Positions 18,239-27,419 of a DNA stretch of 64,000 nt are shown here, piece by piece. Each line of letters begins with the position of its first letter. The stretch's first letter is position 1. Both the position numbers and the translations under genes were made by a program. Below the pieces are notes generated by a model, which ran no database searches, was not told where the DNA came from, and worked only from the letters and a program-made list of their open reading frames with translations. Source of the DNA: Alphaproteobacteria bacterium (GTDB lineage: Bacteria; Pseudomonadota; Alphaproteobacteria; SP197); contig OZ219918.1 of assembly GCA_964291415.2 (NCBI GenBank), positions 512,001 to 576,000 of the forward strand, written 5' to 3'.

Positions 18239-19387
18239 ATGCCTGAAACGCTGCCGGTGGCGGGGATGACCGGGGACCACCGGACCTCGTTCACCCTGCC
18301 TTCGCCGTGGTACTACCGAGCGGATGTACTCGAGCGCGAGAAGGAGGAGATCTTCTTCCGCTCGTGGCGTTTCGTCTGTCACAGGAGCGCGCTCGGCACT
18401 CCCGGCAGCTATGTCACCGTCGACATCCACGGTCAGGGAATTGTCGCCATCAGGGGACGGGACGGTCGTCTGAGAGCCTTCTACAACGTCTGCCAGCACC
18501 GTGCCCACGAACTGCTGCAGGGACGCGGCACCGTCAAGGCCGCCATCACCTGTCCCTACCATGGCTGGGCCTATGGCACCGACGGGTCACTGAGGAGCGC
18601 CCGGCTGTGTGACCGGGTGCCGGACTTCGACAAGGCCGATTTCGGTCTGGTGCCCGTGCGGATCCAGGAATTCGCCGGCTTCATCTTCGTCAACCTTGAT
18701 GACGATGCGCCGCCGATGAACGAGTGGGCGCCGGGCTTCGAGGAGGAGTGCCGGCGCTGGTTTCCCGATCTCGAGACGGTCACGTTCGGCGGCCAGAAGG
18801 ACTTCGACATCGCCTCCAACTGGAAGGTGACCGTCGAGAACGCCATCGAGGGCTACCACTTTCCCAACTCCGGTCCGGCCCACCGCGAACTCACCGACAT
18901 CATCGACATGGAGACAACGAAACTCCATGTGCATGATCGCTGGCTTGCCATCATCGCTCCGCCGGGCAAGAACCGGGCGCAGGTCTATCCCTTCCCAAGC
19001 TCCGGTCCTGGTGGCCAGACGGACCATTTCATCACGCTTTACCTGTGGCCGGACTGGATCATCTATTCCTGGCCTCATGCCGACATGATCTCGACCTTCC
19101 TGATGCGGGCTACGGGCGCGCAGTCATCGGTCGTGGAAAATGCTTACTACCGCGTTCCTGGCCGTGGCGATGACGAAACCACGCGCGCTTCGGAAGTCTG
19201 GTTCAACGAAGCCCTCGGACCTGAAGATGCCGCCCTCAACGAGGGTGTGCAGCGGGGTATCGTGTCGCGGGGCTACTACCAGGGCCGGTTCATTTCCCGG
19301 GACGGTGAACCAGGGGACAGCGAACACTGTGTCCATGCCTTTCAGACCTGGGTGAGAAGTGCATTGGAAGGAGACATGAACTCATGA
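18239..19387 (+). CDS. Rieske oxygenase alpha subunit, CntA/YeaW-like
   Basis: RAFYNVCQHRAH...CPYHGW; NWKVTVENAIEGYH; PEDAALNEGVQRGI.SRGY. Confidence 0.9.
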   Translation: MPETLPVAGMTGDHRTSFTLPSPWYYRADVLEREKEEIFFRSWRFVCHRSALGTPGSYVTVDIHGQGIVAIRGRDGRLRAFYNVCQHRAHELLQGRGTVKAAITCPYHGWAYGTDGSLRSARLCDRVPDFDKADFGLVPVRIQEFAGFIFVNLDDDAPPMNEWAPGFEEECRRWFPDLETVTFGGQKDFDIASNWKVTVENAIEGYHFPNSGPAHRELTDIIDMETTKLHVHDRWLAIIAPPGKNRAQVYPFPSSGPGGQTDHFITLYLWPDWIIYSWPHADMISTFLMRATGAQSSVVENAYYRVPGRGDDETTRASEVWFNEALGPEDAALNEGVQRGIVSRGYYQGRFISRDGEPGDSEHCVHAFQTWVRSALEGDMNS

Positions 19388-19770
19388 GCGAAGCGCGCAT
19401 GTTCCGTGGGCATGACCTCGATCTTGCCGTGGCTGGCGGCAGCGGCGGCAACGTGGTGGCCACCATCAACTCGGCGATCAGCACGACGCTGGGAGGCGGC
19501 ATGGGGGTGTTCGAGAACTGCAGCATTCCCTGGACCGTGACCTACGACGAGATCATCTACGGCATCGACGGTGAACTGGAAATCCATACCGACGAGGGAC
19601 GGCATCGTGTCGGTCCCGGCGACATCATGTGGCTTCCTGCCGGAACCCGGCTCACCTACGTGGCGCGTGAACCGGCGAAGTTCTTCTTTGCCGTGGCGCC
19701 GGTGACCGAGTCGAAGGCGGGAAGCAGCACCCACCATCACACACCCGTACCTCCGAATCCCCTGGACTGA
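19384..19770 (+). CDS. EutQ-like cupin protein
   Basis: LGGG.G.F....IPWTVTYDE..Y..DG.L......GPGD..W.P.G. Confidence 0.8.
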   Translation: MSEARMFRGHDLDLAVAGGSGGNVVATINSAISTTLGGGMGVFENCSIPWTVTYDEIIYGIDGELEIHTDEGRHRVGPGDIMWLPAGTRLTYVAREPAKFFFAVAPVTESKAGSSTHHHTPVPPNPLD

Positions 19771-19779
19771 CATCGCGCC

Positions 19780-21084
19780 ATGCGGGTGACCGGCTTCCCG
19801 AAGAACGATCATTCGAACGGCTGGTACAACATCCTGGAGGAACACTCTCCGGCGCGTGTCTGGAAAGGCGAGGGCGCGGCGGACTGGGTGGTGGTCGGTG
19901 GCGGTTTCGCCGGTCTCGCCGCGGCCCGGCGCCTGGGCGAACTGCGGTCCGGTGATCGCGTCGTGCTCCTTGAGGCGGGCCGCATCGGGGAGAATGCCTC
20001 GGGTCGCAATTCGGGCTTCATCATTGACCTTCCCCACGCGCTGTCGCGCGAACAGCCCGAACACGACCGCCGGCAGATCCGCATCAACCGGCAGGCCATC
20101 GCCTGGCTCGCCGATATCGTTGAACGCCACCAGATACGCTGTCAGTGGAGCCGCCGCGGCAAGCTGCACGTGGCGGCCACGTCTCCGGGACGCCGGAATC
20201 TCGATGTCATGCAGTCTCGTCTCGATGACCTTGGCGAGGACTGCGAGCGATGGGATCGCAGGCGCCTCGCTTCCTTCCTGGGCACGAAGAGCTTTGTTGA
20301 TGGCCTCTATACGCCAGGGTGCGTTCTCATGCAGCCGGCGGCGCTGGTGACCGGGCTGGCCCGCACGATGCCTGACAATGTCGAGATCTTCGAGAATTCT
20401 CCTGTGCGGGAGTTTCACGGCGGGGCAACGAAGACCCTTGCGACCCCGGCCGGGCAGTTGACGACGCCTCGGATCATTCTGGCGACCAACGGCTGGGCAT
20501 CCGCCTTTGGGTTTCTCAGGCGGAAACTGCTCACCATCCACACGTTCGCCAGCCTGACCCGGCCGCTTGACGATGCCGAACAGAAGGCTCTGGGAGGCGA
20601 GGGAGACTGGGGAACCATTCCTGCACTCCTGGGCGGGGCAACGATGCGCTACACGCGGGACAAGAGGCTGCTCATCCGGCTGGCCTTGCGTCACCGGCCG
20701 GACTTCACGATCACGGAACGCGATCTGGCGAAGGTTCGGCGTCAGCACGTTCGCTCCCTTTCCAGGCGCTTTCCCATGGTGCCGCGCGTCACCTTCGAAC
20801 ACACCTGGAGCGGCGTGATGTGCATGTCGCGCAACTCCGTGCCGAAGTGCGGCACACTGGCCGACGGCATCTGGGCTGCGGTGTGCCAGAACGGTGTCGG
20901 CGCCGCCAAGGGGACCATTTCCGGACGGGCGGTCGCCGAGATGGCCGTCGGCGAGGACACCGATCTGGTGGCCGACATGGCGGCATTCGAGGAACTAAAG
21001 CGCTTCCCGCCGAGTTTCGTGACGGCGCCCGTCATGCAGGCCCGCATCCTCGGTGCCAGGCTGACAGCAGGCCGAGAGGCCTGA
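19780..21084 (+). CDS. FAD-dependent oxidoreductase (DAO family, PuuB/OrdL-like amine oxidase)
   Basis: VVGGGFAGL, ENASGRNSGF, QPAALV.GL, HTWSG, NGVG.AKG. Confidence 0.88.
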   Translation: MRVTGFPKNDHSNGWYNILEEHSPARVWKGEGAADWVVVGGGFAGLAAARRLGELRSGDRVVLLEAGRIGENASGRNSGFIIDLPHALSREQPEHDRRQIRINRQAIAWLADIVERHQIRCQWSRRGKLHVAATSPGRRNLDVMQSRLDDLGEDCERWDRRRLASFLGTKSFVDGLYTPGCVLMQPAALVTGLARTMPDNVEIFENSPVREFHGGATKTLATPAGQLTTPRIILATNGWASAFGFLRRKLLTIHTFASLTRPLDDAEQKALGGEGDWGTIPALLGGATMRYTRDKRLLIRLALRHRPDFTITERDLAKVRRQHVRSLSRRFPMVPRVTFEHTWSGVMCMSRNSVPKCGTLADGIWAAVCQNGVGAAKGTISGRAVAEMAVGEDTDLVADMAAFEELKRFPPSFVTAPVMQARILGARLTAGREA

Positions 21085-21087
21085 TTT

Positions 21088-21850
21088 ATGCTCGCCGTCG
21101 CCCCGCTCGGACAGGATCTCATGGGCGAGGATGGATCGCGAGAACGTGTTGTGTGCCCTCGATCAGGCGCAGCTTGGCCGACTGGTCGACTGGATCGGGG
21201 CTGCCGGCGAGGATGACGCGGTTTCGGTCCTGGTTCTCACGGGCACCGGCCGGGCCTTCAACGCCGGGGCGGACATCGGCGAGGCCGAAACACAGGACGA
21301 AGGGGGCTTTGCGGCCAACACGGCGCTCTATCAGGAACTGGCCCGCCGGATCAGCGGTCTCGGAAAGCCCGTGATCGCTGCTGTCAACGGCTACTGTCCG
21401 GGCGGCGGGGTCCAACTTGCCGCCATGTGTGATCTGAGAATCGCCGCGAGATCAGCCCGCTTCGGCCTGCCGGATGCAGCGCTTGGATTCAGTGTCTCGG
21501 GCGGGTTGTCGTGGTTCCTGCCGCGCCACATCGGTCTCGGGAGAACGATGGACCTCTATCTGACCCAACGACTGGTGGATGCCGACGAGGCGCAGCGGAT
21601 CGGCCTCGTGGCAGACGTTGTCGATGACGATGACCTTCCCGCCCGCGCGAACGACCTTGCGGCCACCTTCGCCGGGCTTCCCGGCTGTGGCGTGGTTCAC
21701 ATGAAGGCCCTCCTCGGAGCCTCCCACGAGTCGCTCGAGGCGGTGCTTGCCGATGAGGACGCGCGCGACCGTGCCTGCTTTGCCGATCCGGCGACGAGGA
21801 AACGGCTGCGGACCTTTCTCGAGGCGCGCCGGACCGAAAGGGTGAGGTGA
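21088..21850 (+). CDS. Enoyl-CoA hydratase/isomerase (crotonase) family protein; +1 frameshift in the C run at 21101-21104
   Basis: FNAGADI, KPVIAAVNG..PGGG, ARFGLP. ATG 21088 joins the 21131 frame if one C is removed. Confidence 0.8.
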
Positions 21851-22087
21851 ACGGCAGACTCGGTTCTGCGGGAGCCGCGGGCGCTGCCGTCCCCAGCTTC
21901 ACTCGCTGTGGAACTGGCTCGACCGATTTCACGATCCCGGGGCCTGCGTCCCTCTCGGTCAAACCCGACGATGACTCGCCTGTCAGGGCTATCGATCAGC
22001 GTTTGACTTTCCGCCACGTACATCTTCGAATGCGACGGAGAAGTCCGTTCGGTTTGATCTTGCGACAAGAACAAGAGGAGGAACTTC

Positions 22088-23257
22088 ATGAGATCCCGTT
22101 TCCTAGCAGTACTGGCATCGGTTGGCGCGCTGGCTCTGGCCGGCGGGGGCAATGCCCTGGGCGACACGATCACCTTTGGTGCACCCCTGTGTCTGACCGG
22201 AGACCAGGCTCCCCTCGACACGCCCGGCTACCGGGGTGCGCAGGTCGCCATCAAGGCGCTCAATGACCAGGGCGGTTTGCTCGGCCAGCAGGTTGAGATG
22301 ATCGCCATCGATGGCAAGACCGATCCGGTCACGGTCGGCAACGCGGCTGTGGAACTCATCGACGGCGGCGCCGACTTCATTCTGGCGCCCTGCGACTTCG
22401 ATTTCGGTGGACCGGCGAGCCGCGCGGCACAGGAGTCGGGACTGGTTGGCCTGTCGCTGTGCGCGTCGGACCCGCTCTACAGTTCCTGGTCTCTCGGAGA
22501 CAAGCAGTTCACCCTGTCGATGTGGAACACGACCATGGGGGCGACAGCCGCCGAGTATGCCTACAACGAGCGCGGCTGGAGGAACGCCTATGTCGTGACC
22601 GACCAGTTCATCGCCTACACCGTGTCGCTCTCCAAGTACTTCGTCGAACACTTCAAGGCTCTGGGTGGCAACATCCTGGCGGAGGACACGTACAACAACG
22701 GAGACAACGACTTTTCGGCCCAGCTTGCGCGCCTGCAGGCGCTCGACGAGAAGCCGGATGTCATCTTCATCTCGTCCTACGGACAGGATATCGGCTTCAT
22801 CATCCGGTCATTGCGCGAAGTCGGCTATGACGCACCGGTGCTCGGCGGGGATTCCTACGACGATCCGGCGATGATCGAGTCGCTTGGCCCGCTCGGCAAC
22901 GACATCTACTTCGTGACACATACCTTCATGAGTTCCGATGCCCATCCGGAAATGGAGCAGTTCATCGGACTCTTCGAGGACATGTTCAACGAGCCGCCGG
23001 ACACGTCATTCGTGGCAACCGGCTGGGACGCGGTGATGCTTCTTGCCCAGGCTGCGGAGATTGCAGGCACGACGGATGGCGCGGCGGTCGCACAGGCGCT
23101 TGAGGAGAACGTGTTCCATCTTCTCACCGGCGATCTGACATACCGCAACGCGGCTGAAGGACATGCCCCGGACAAGGCGGCGGTGCTCGTCGAAGTCAAG
23201 GACGCGTCAACGCATTTCCTTGGCTGGCGGACGCCGTCCAACGTACCGGCGCCATAG
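22088..23257 (+). CDS. Branched-chain amino acid-type ABC substrate-binding protein (LivJ/K-like)
   Basis: Signal peptide; LTG..A, N..GGLLG, DFSAQL; GAGGAGG RBS. Confidence 0.9.
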   Translation: MRSRFLAVLASVGALALAGGGNALGDTITFGAPLCLTGDQAPLDTPGYRGAQVAIKALNDQGGLLGQQVEMIAIDGKTDPVTVGNAAVELIDGGADFILAPCDFDFGGPASRAAQESGLVGLSLCASDPLYSSWSLGDKQFTLSMWNTTMGATAAEYAYNERGWRNAYVVTDQFIAYTVSLSKYFVEHFKALGGNILAEDTYNNGDNDFSAQLARLQALDEKPDVIFISSYGQDIGFIIRSLREVGYDAPVLGGDSYDDPAMIESLGPLGNDIYFVTHTFMSSDAHPEMEQFIGLFEDMFNEPPDTSFVATGWDAVMLLAQAAEIAGTTDGAAVAQALEENVFHLLTGDLTYRNAAEGHAPDKAAVLVEVKDASTHFLGWRTPSNVPAP

Positions 23258-23287
23258 AATCGCCTGAACCACCCTGCCGGCGCGGAC

Positions 23288-24055
23288 GTGTCCGCGCCGG
23301 CAGGAATCACGGTACTCCGGAGCGCCATGGCCCCACTTGAAGCGGCGTCCGTCACGGTCGAGTTCGCCGGTCTGCGCGCACTCGATGACGTCTCGCTCAC
23401 CCTTGGACCCGGGGAGATACTCGGGCTCATCGGGCCGAATGGATCCGGAAAGACAACGCTGGTCAACGCCATGACCGGGCAGGTTCCCGTGGCTGGCGGC
23501 ACGATCTCCCTGGGGGATGCCGTCCTGACCGGACGAACGCCCCGTGAGATCGCCCATGCGGGCGTTTCCCGGACGTTCCAGATCGGCAGGCATTTCGACA
23601 ACCTGACCATTCTCGAGAATGTCGCGACGGCCGCCCTCGGAAAGGGTGCCCCGGTGCGCGTGGCCCTGGAGCGCGCCACCGCGCTGATCGAGGAGTTCGG
23701 GCTCGGCCGACGCCTTGACGATCTGGCCGAGGTGCTCAGCTACGGTGAGAAGCGCCGCGTGGAAATCGCCCGGGCGCTGGCCGGCGAACCACAGTACCTG
23801 CTGCTCGACGAGCCCGCCGCGGGCATGAACGAGGAAGAGACCGAGTCGCTGATCGACATCCTCGCCATGCTGCCGAAGGACCGCGGGCTCGGCCTGCTCA
23901 TCATCGACCACGACATGGGCCTGATCATGCGCCTGTGCGAGCGTCTGCACGTGCTGGCGTCCGGACGCACCATTGCCGAGGGGGACCGTCGGACGGTCCG
24001 TGACGATCCGGCGGTCATCGAGGCCTATCTCGGCAGCGGCACCGGGCATGCTTGA
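23288..24055 (+). CDS. ABC ATP-binding protein, LivG-like
   Basis: GPNGSGKTT, LSYGEKRRVEIARAL, LLDEPAAGMN, VIEAYLG. Confidence 0.9.
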   Translation: MSAPAGITVLRSAMAPLEAASVTVEFAGLRALDDVSLTLGPGEILGLIGPNGSGKTTLVNAMTGQVPVAGGTISLGDAVLTGRTPREIAHAGVSRTFQIGRHFDNLTILENVATAALGKGAPVRVALERATALIEEFGLGRRLDDLAEVLSYGEKRRVEIARALAGEPQYLLLDEPAAGMNEEETESLIDILAMLPKDRGLGLLIIDHDMGLIMRLCERLHVLASGRTIAEGDRRTVRDDPAVIEAYLGSGTGHA

Positions 24056-24761
24056 CATCGAATCCCTGGAGGTCAGCTATGGTGCCGTCCGTGCGGTGCG
24101 CGGCGTGTCGCTCCGGGTCGACAAGGGCGAACTGGTAACCCTTCTCGGAGCCAATGGCGCGGGAAAATCGTCCACACTCATGGCGATCGCCGGAGCGGTC
24201 CGAGCCACCGCCGGCCGGGTCCGGCTGGACGGCGCGGACGTGAGCGGGGCCACGCCGGAAGACATGGTCCGGCGTGGCGTGGCGGCTGTGCCGGAGACGC
24301 GCGACGTGTTTCCGGACCTGACGGTGGCGCAGAACCTGCAGCTCGGCGCGTTCACGCGCCGCCGCGATCAGGCCGGCGTGCTCCACGATCGCGACGCGCA
24401 CTTCGCCCGTTTCCCCATTCTTGCCGAACGACAACACCTGCCGGCGGGAAACCTGTCGGGAGGCGAACAGCAGATGCTGGTCATCGCGCGGGCGCTCATG
24501 TCACGTCCGAACGTCCTTCTCCTGGATGAGCCGTCGCTCGGCCTGGCGCCGATCGTGGTCGACCAGATCTTCGACATGATCCGCAACCTGAAGGAATCGG
24601 GCCTGACGATCATGCTCGTCGAGCAGAACGCGGCGAAGGCCCTGGCGGTCAGCGATCGCGCCTACGTCATGCGGCTCGGACGCATCGAGGCGGATGGTCC
24701 GGCATCCGAGATCGCTGCCGCGACGGAACTGAAGTCCCTCTACCTGGGCGCAGAACCATGA
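24048..24761 (+). CDS. ABC ATP-binding protein, LivF-like
   Basis: GANGAGKSS, LSGGEQQML, DEPSLGLAP, VEQN. Confidence 0.92.
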   Translation: MLDIESLEVSYGAVRAVRGVSLRVDKGELVTLLGANGAGKSSTLMAIAGAVRATAGRVRLDGADVSGATPEDMVRRGVAAVPETRDVFPDLTVAQNLQLGAFTRRRDQAGVLHDRDAHFARFPILAERQHLPAGNLSGGEQQMLVIARALMSRPNVLLLDEPSLGLAPIVVDQIFDMIRNLKESGLTIMLVEQNAAKALAVSDRAYVMRLGRIEADGPASEIAAATELKSLYLGAEP

Positions 24762-25645
24762 ACCCGGTGCAATTCGTGCTGGATGTGCTGAGCCTCGGCG
24801 GGGCCTATGCCCTGATGGCCCTCGGCCTCGTCATCGTCTACGGGATTCTCCGCCTCGTGAACTTCGCGTATGGCGAGCTGATCATGGTCAGTGGCTACAC
24901 CATGTTCCTGGTCAGCGGCTCCGGACTCCCCTGGCTCGCGATGGCGGGATGCGGCGTGATCATGGCGATCGCCGCGGGGATCGCGACGGACTATCTTGCG
25001 TTCCGCCCCGTGCGCGCCAAGTCCGTCACCGCCGTTCTGATCACGTCCTTTGCCTTCTCGACCCTGCTGCAGAACGCTGCGCTCCTCTTCATTTCGCCAA
25101 GGCCCCGCGCGGTGCCGCTGCCGGAGCTGTTCTCCCGTACCGTCGAATTCGCCGGCGTCATCACGCCTGTCCGCAATCTCATCACGATCGCCGTCGCGGT
25201 CATCATGCTCGGGATCTTCTCCTGGCTCATGCGGTCGACGGCACTGGGCATCGCCATGCGGGCTGCGGCCACGAATTTCCGGATGGCGCGCATGATGGGC
25301 ATTCCGGCCAATCTCATCATCTCGGCGGCCTTTGCGATTTCCGGTCTGCTGGCGGGTGCCGTGGCCATTCTCTGGATTGGCAGGATCGGCACCGTCGTGC
25401 CCGGGATCGGCCTTCAGCCCCTCCTGATTGCCTTCATCGCGACGGTCATCGGCGGCATGCGCAGCCTGCCGGGTGCGGTGGTCGGCGGGTTTCTGCTGGC
25501 GCTCATCGACACGGCGCTGAACTACACGCTTCCCCAGGATCTTCTCAAGTTCCGCGATGCATTCACCTTCTCTCTGGTCATCCTGATCCTGCTGTGGCGT
25601 CCGGAGGGAATTGTACGCGGCCCGGCATCGGGTCAACGAACATGA
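24758..25645 (+). CDS. ABC permease, LivH-like
   Basis: YALMALGL..VYGILRLVNFAYGE; G.AMRA; VIGGM.S.PGA. Confidence 0.92.
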   Translation: MNPVQFVLDVLSLGGAYALMALGLVIVYGILRLVNFAYGELIMVSGYTMFLVSGSGLPWLAMAGCGVIMAIAAGIATDYLAFRPVRAKSVTAVLITSFAFSTLLQNAALLFISPRPRAVPLPELFSRTVEFAGVITPVRNLITIAVAVIMLGIFSWLMRSTALGIAMRAAATNFRMARMMGIPANLIISAAFAISGLLAGAVAILWIGRIGTVVPGIGLQPLLIAFIATVIGGMRSLPGAVVGGFLLALIDTALNYTLPQDLLKFRDAFTFSLVILILLWRPEGIVRGPASGQRT

Positions 25646-26667
25646 TGACACGACGAAACTGGCTGACCTTCCTTCTCCTTGGCGGGGTGATTGTCCTCGT
25701 TGCCGTGGCGGCGGATCTCGTGGGCGACCGGCTTCTCCTGCGCATCACGACCAACCTGTGCATCTCGATGGTGCTCGTGGTCGGCCTGCAGATCTTCATG
25801 GGGAACTCCGGCATTCTCTCCTTTGCCCATGTGGGGTTCATGGGGGTCGGCGCCTATACGTCGGCGGTCCTCACCATCCCGGTTCAGATGAAGGGGATGG
25901 CGCTGCCGAACCTCTACCCGTTCCTCGCCGACGTGCAGATGCTGCCTGTCGTCGGCATGGCCCTCGGGGGGCTGGCCGCGGCCCTCGTTGCGGCCCTGGC
26001 CGTCTACCCGCTCATGCGTCTGTCCGACGCCGCAGCCGTCATCACGTCCTTCGCGCTCTTCGTCGTGCTGCACACGATCATGTACCACTGGAGCGATGTG
26101 ACCAACGGTCCGCGCACCCTTTTCGGATTGCCGAAAGGAACGACGCTGCCGCTCGCCGCAGGCGTCGCGATCGCCGCCGTGCTTGTTGCGCTGCTCTTCA
26201 AGGAGTCGCGGGTGGGCCGGCTTCTTCGTGCGAGCCGGGACGATGAAATCGCCGCGGCCTCGCTGGGAGCGCACATTCCGAGGCTGCGCTGGCAGGCCTT
26301 CATCGTCTCGGCGCTTCTTGCCGGCATCGGTGGCGCCCTCTGGGGCCATTTCATCACCTCCTTCTCGCCCAAGCAGCTGTGGCTGAAGGAGACCTTCGTG
26401 ATTCTCGCCATGCTGGTCATCGGTGGACCGAGAACGGTGACCGGGGCCGTGGTCGGCGTGCTGCTCGTCACCGCGAGCTTCGAGAGCCTGCGATCGCTCG
26501 AGGGCGCCATCAACCGCGCCGACATCCTCTCGGAACCCCTTGTGGGAATGACCGAGCTGACGCTTGCCGTGGCGATGATCGCGGTGCTTGCCCTGCGTCC
26601 GGGCGGAATATGTCCCTCCCGCGAGGTCGGCTACTATCTGTTCCGCCGCCGCTCGCGCGGTCCCTGA
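25642..26667 (+). CDS. ABC permease, LivM-like
   Basis: GNSGILSFAHVGFMGVGAY; GR.LRASRDDE.AA. Start overlaps the previous stop (ATGA). Confidence 0.9.
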   Translation: MMTRRNWLTFLLLGGVIVLVAVAADLVGDRLLLRITTNLCISMVLVVGLQIFMGNSGILSFAHVGFMGVGAYTSAVLTIPVQMKGMALPNLYPFLADVQMLPVVGMALGGLAAALVAALAVYPLMRLSDAAAVITSFALFVVLHTIMYHWSDVTNGPRTLFGLPKGTTLPLAAGVAIAAVLVALLFKESRVGRLLRASRDDEIAAASLGAHIPRLRWQAFIVSALLAGIGGALWGHFITSFSPKQLWLKETFVILAMLVIGGPRTVTGAVVGVLLVTASFESLRSLEGAINRADILSEPLVGMTELTLAVAMIAVLALRPGGICPSREVGYYLFRRRSRGP

Positions 26668-26915
26668 GCTCCCTGATCCGGCACGCTCGGTCGCCCCCTT
26701 GTCTTCACGGCGCGGTACAACGAACCGATCCGCATCGAGTATCTCCCATGACGTCGGCATCGTGGCCAGATCCGACGATTGCTCGCCGGCCGGGGCACTA
26801 CCCATCGGCTGGCAACGTGTCTAGTATGGTCGACGGACGTGAGGGAGACCGCCGCTTTCCCCGCCTCTGTCACATCGTGTGCGGCGAAGGTACGGCTGAG
26901 GAGAGGTGCTGGGGT

Positions 26916-27395
26916 ATGCAGAAATCGCTTCTGATTGATCCTGACAAGTGCACGAGCTGCCTGCAATGCGAAATGGCCTGTTCGTTCGAGCATGAAGGCT
27001 CGTTCAATCCGGCCCGCTCCAGGATCAAGATCTTTGAATTCGAACACGGCAAGCGCGCCGTTCCCTATACCTGCACACAGTGCGCGGAGGCATGGTGCGT
27101 GCATGCCTGTCCGGTGGAAGCGCTGGTCCGCAACCCGGCGACGGGAGCGGTCGAGGTCAAGGATGATGTCTGTGTGGGGTGCAAGGTGTGCACGATTGCC
27201 TGCCCCTTCGGGACGGTGAACTACAATCCCGACACGGGCAAGGTCATCAAGTGCGACCTGTGCCACGGCGATCCCAAGTGCGCCGAGGCATGTCCCACCG
27301 ACGCCATCGTCTACGTGGATTCGTCGTGGACCGGTCTTGATCGCATGCGGCGATGGGCCGGGCACGTGGACACCAACCAGTCGGCCAAGGCCTGA
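26916..27395 (+). CDS. aorA: 4Fe-4S polyferredoxin subunit of aldehyde oxidoreductase (AorA-like)
   Basis: Four Cys clusters: CTSCLQCEMAC, CTQC...C...CP, CVGCKVC...CP, CDLC....C...CP. Confidence 0.85.
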   Translation: MQKSLLIDPDKCTSCLQCEMACSFEHEGSFNPARSRIKIFEFEHGKRAVPYTCTQCAEAWCVHACPVEALVRNPATGAVEVKDDVCVGCKVCTIACPFGTVNYNPDTGKVIKCDLCHGDPKCAEACPTDAIVYVDSSWTGLDRMRRWAGHVDTNQSAKA

Positions 27396-27419
27396 CGACA
27401 GCTCCGGGGAGAAACGACG

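Noticed and set aside
24949-26667. 572-aa extended LivM
   Set aside because: The extension overlaps the LivH-like gene out of frame; the real start is the ATGA overlap at 25642.
26668-26915. Moco/Wco riboswitch upstream of aorA
   Set aside because: No recognisable multi-stem consensus by eye; cannot be supported without a covariance search.
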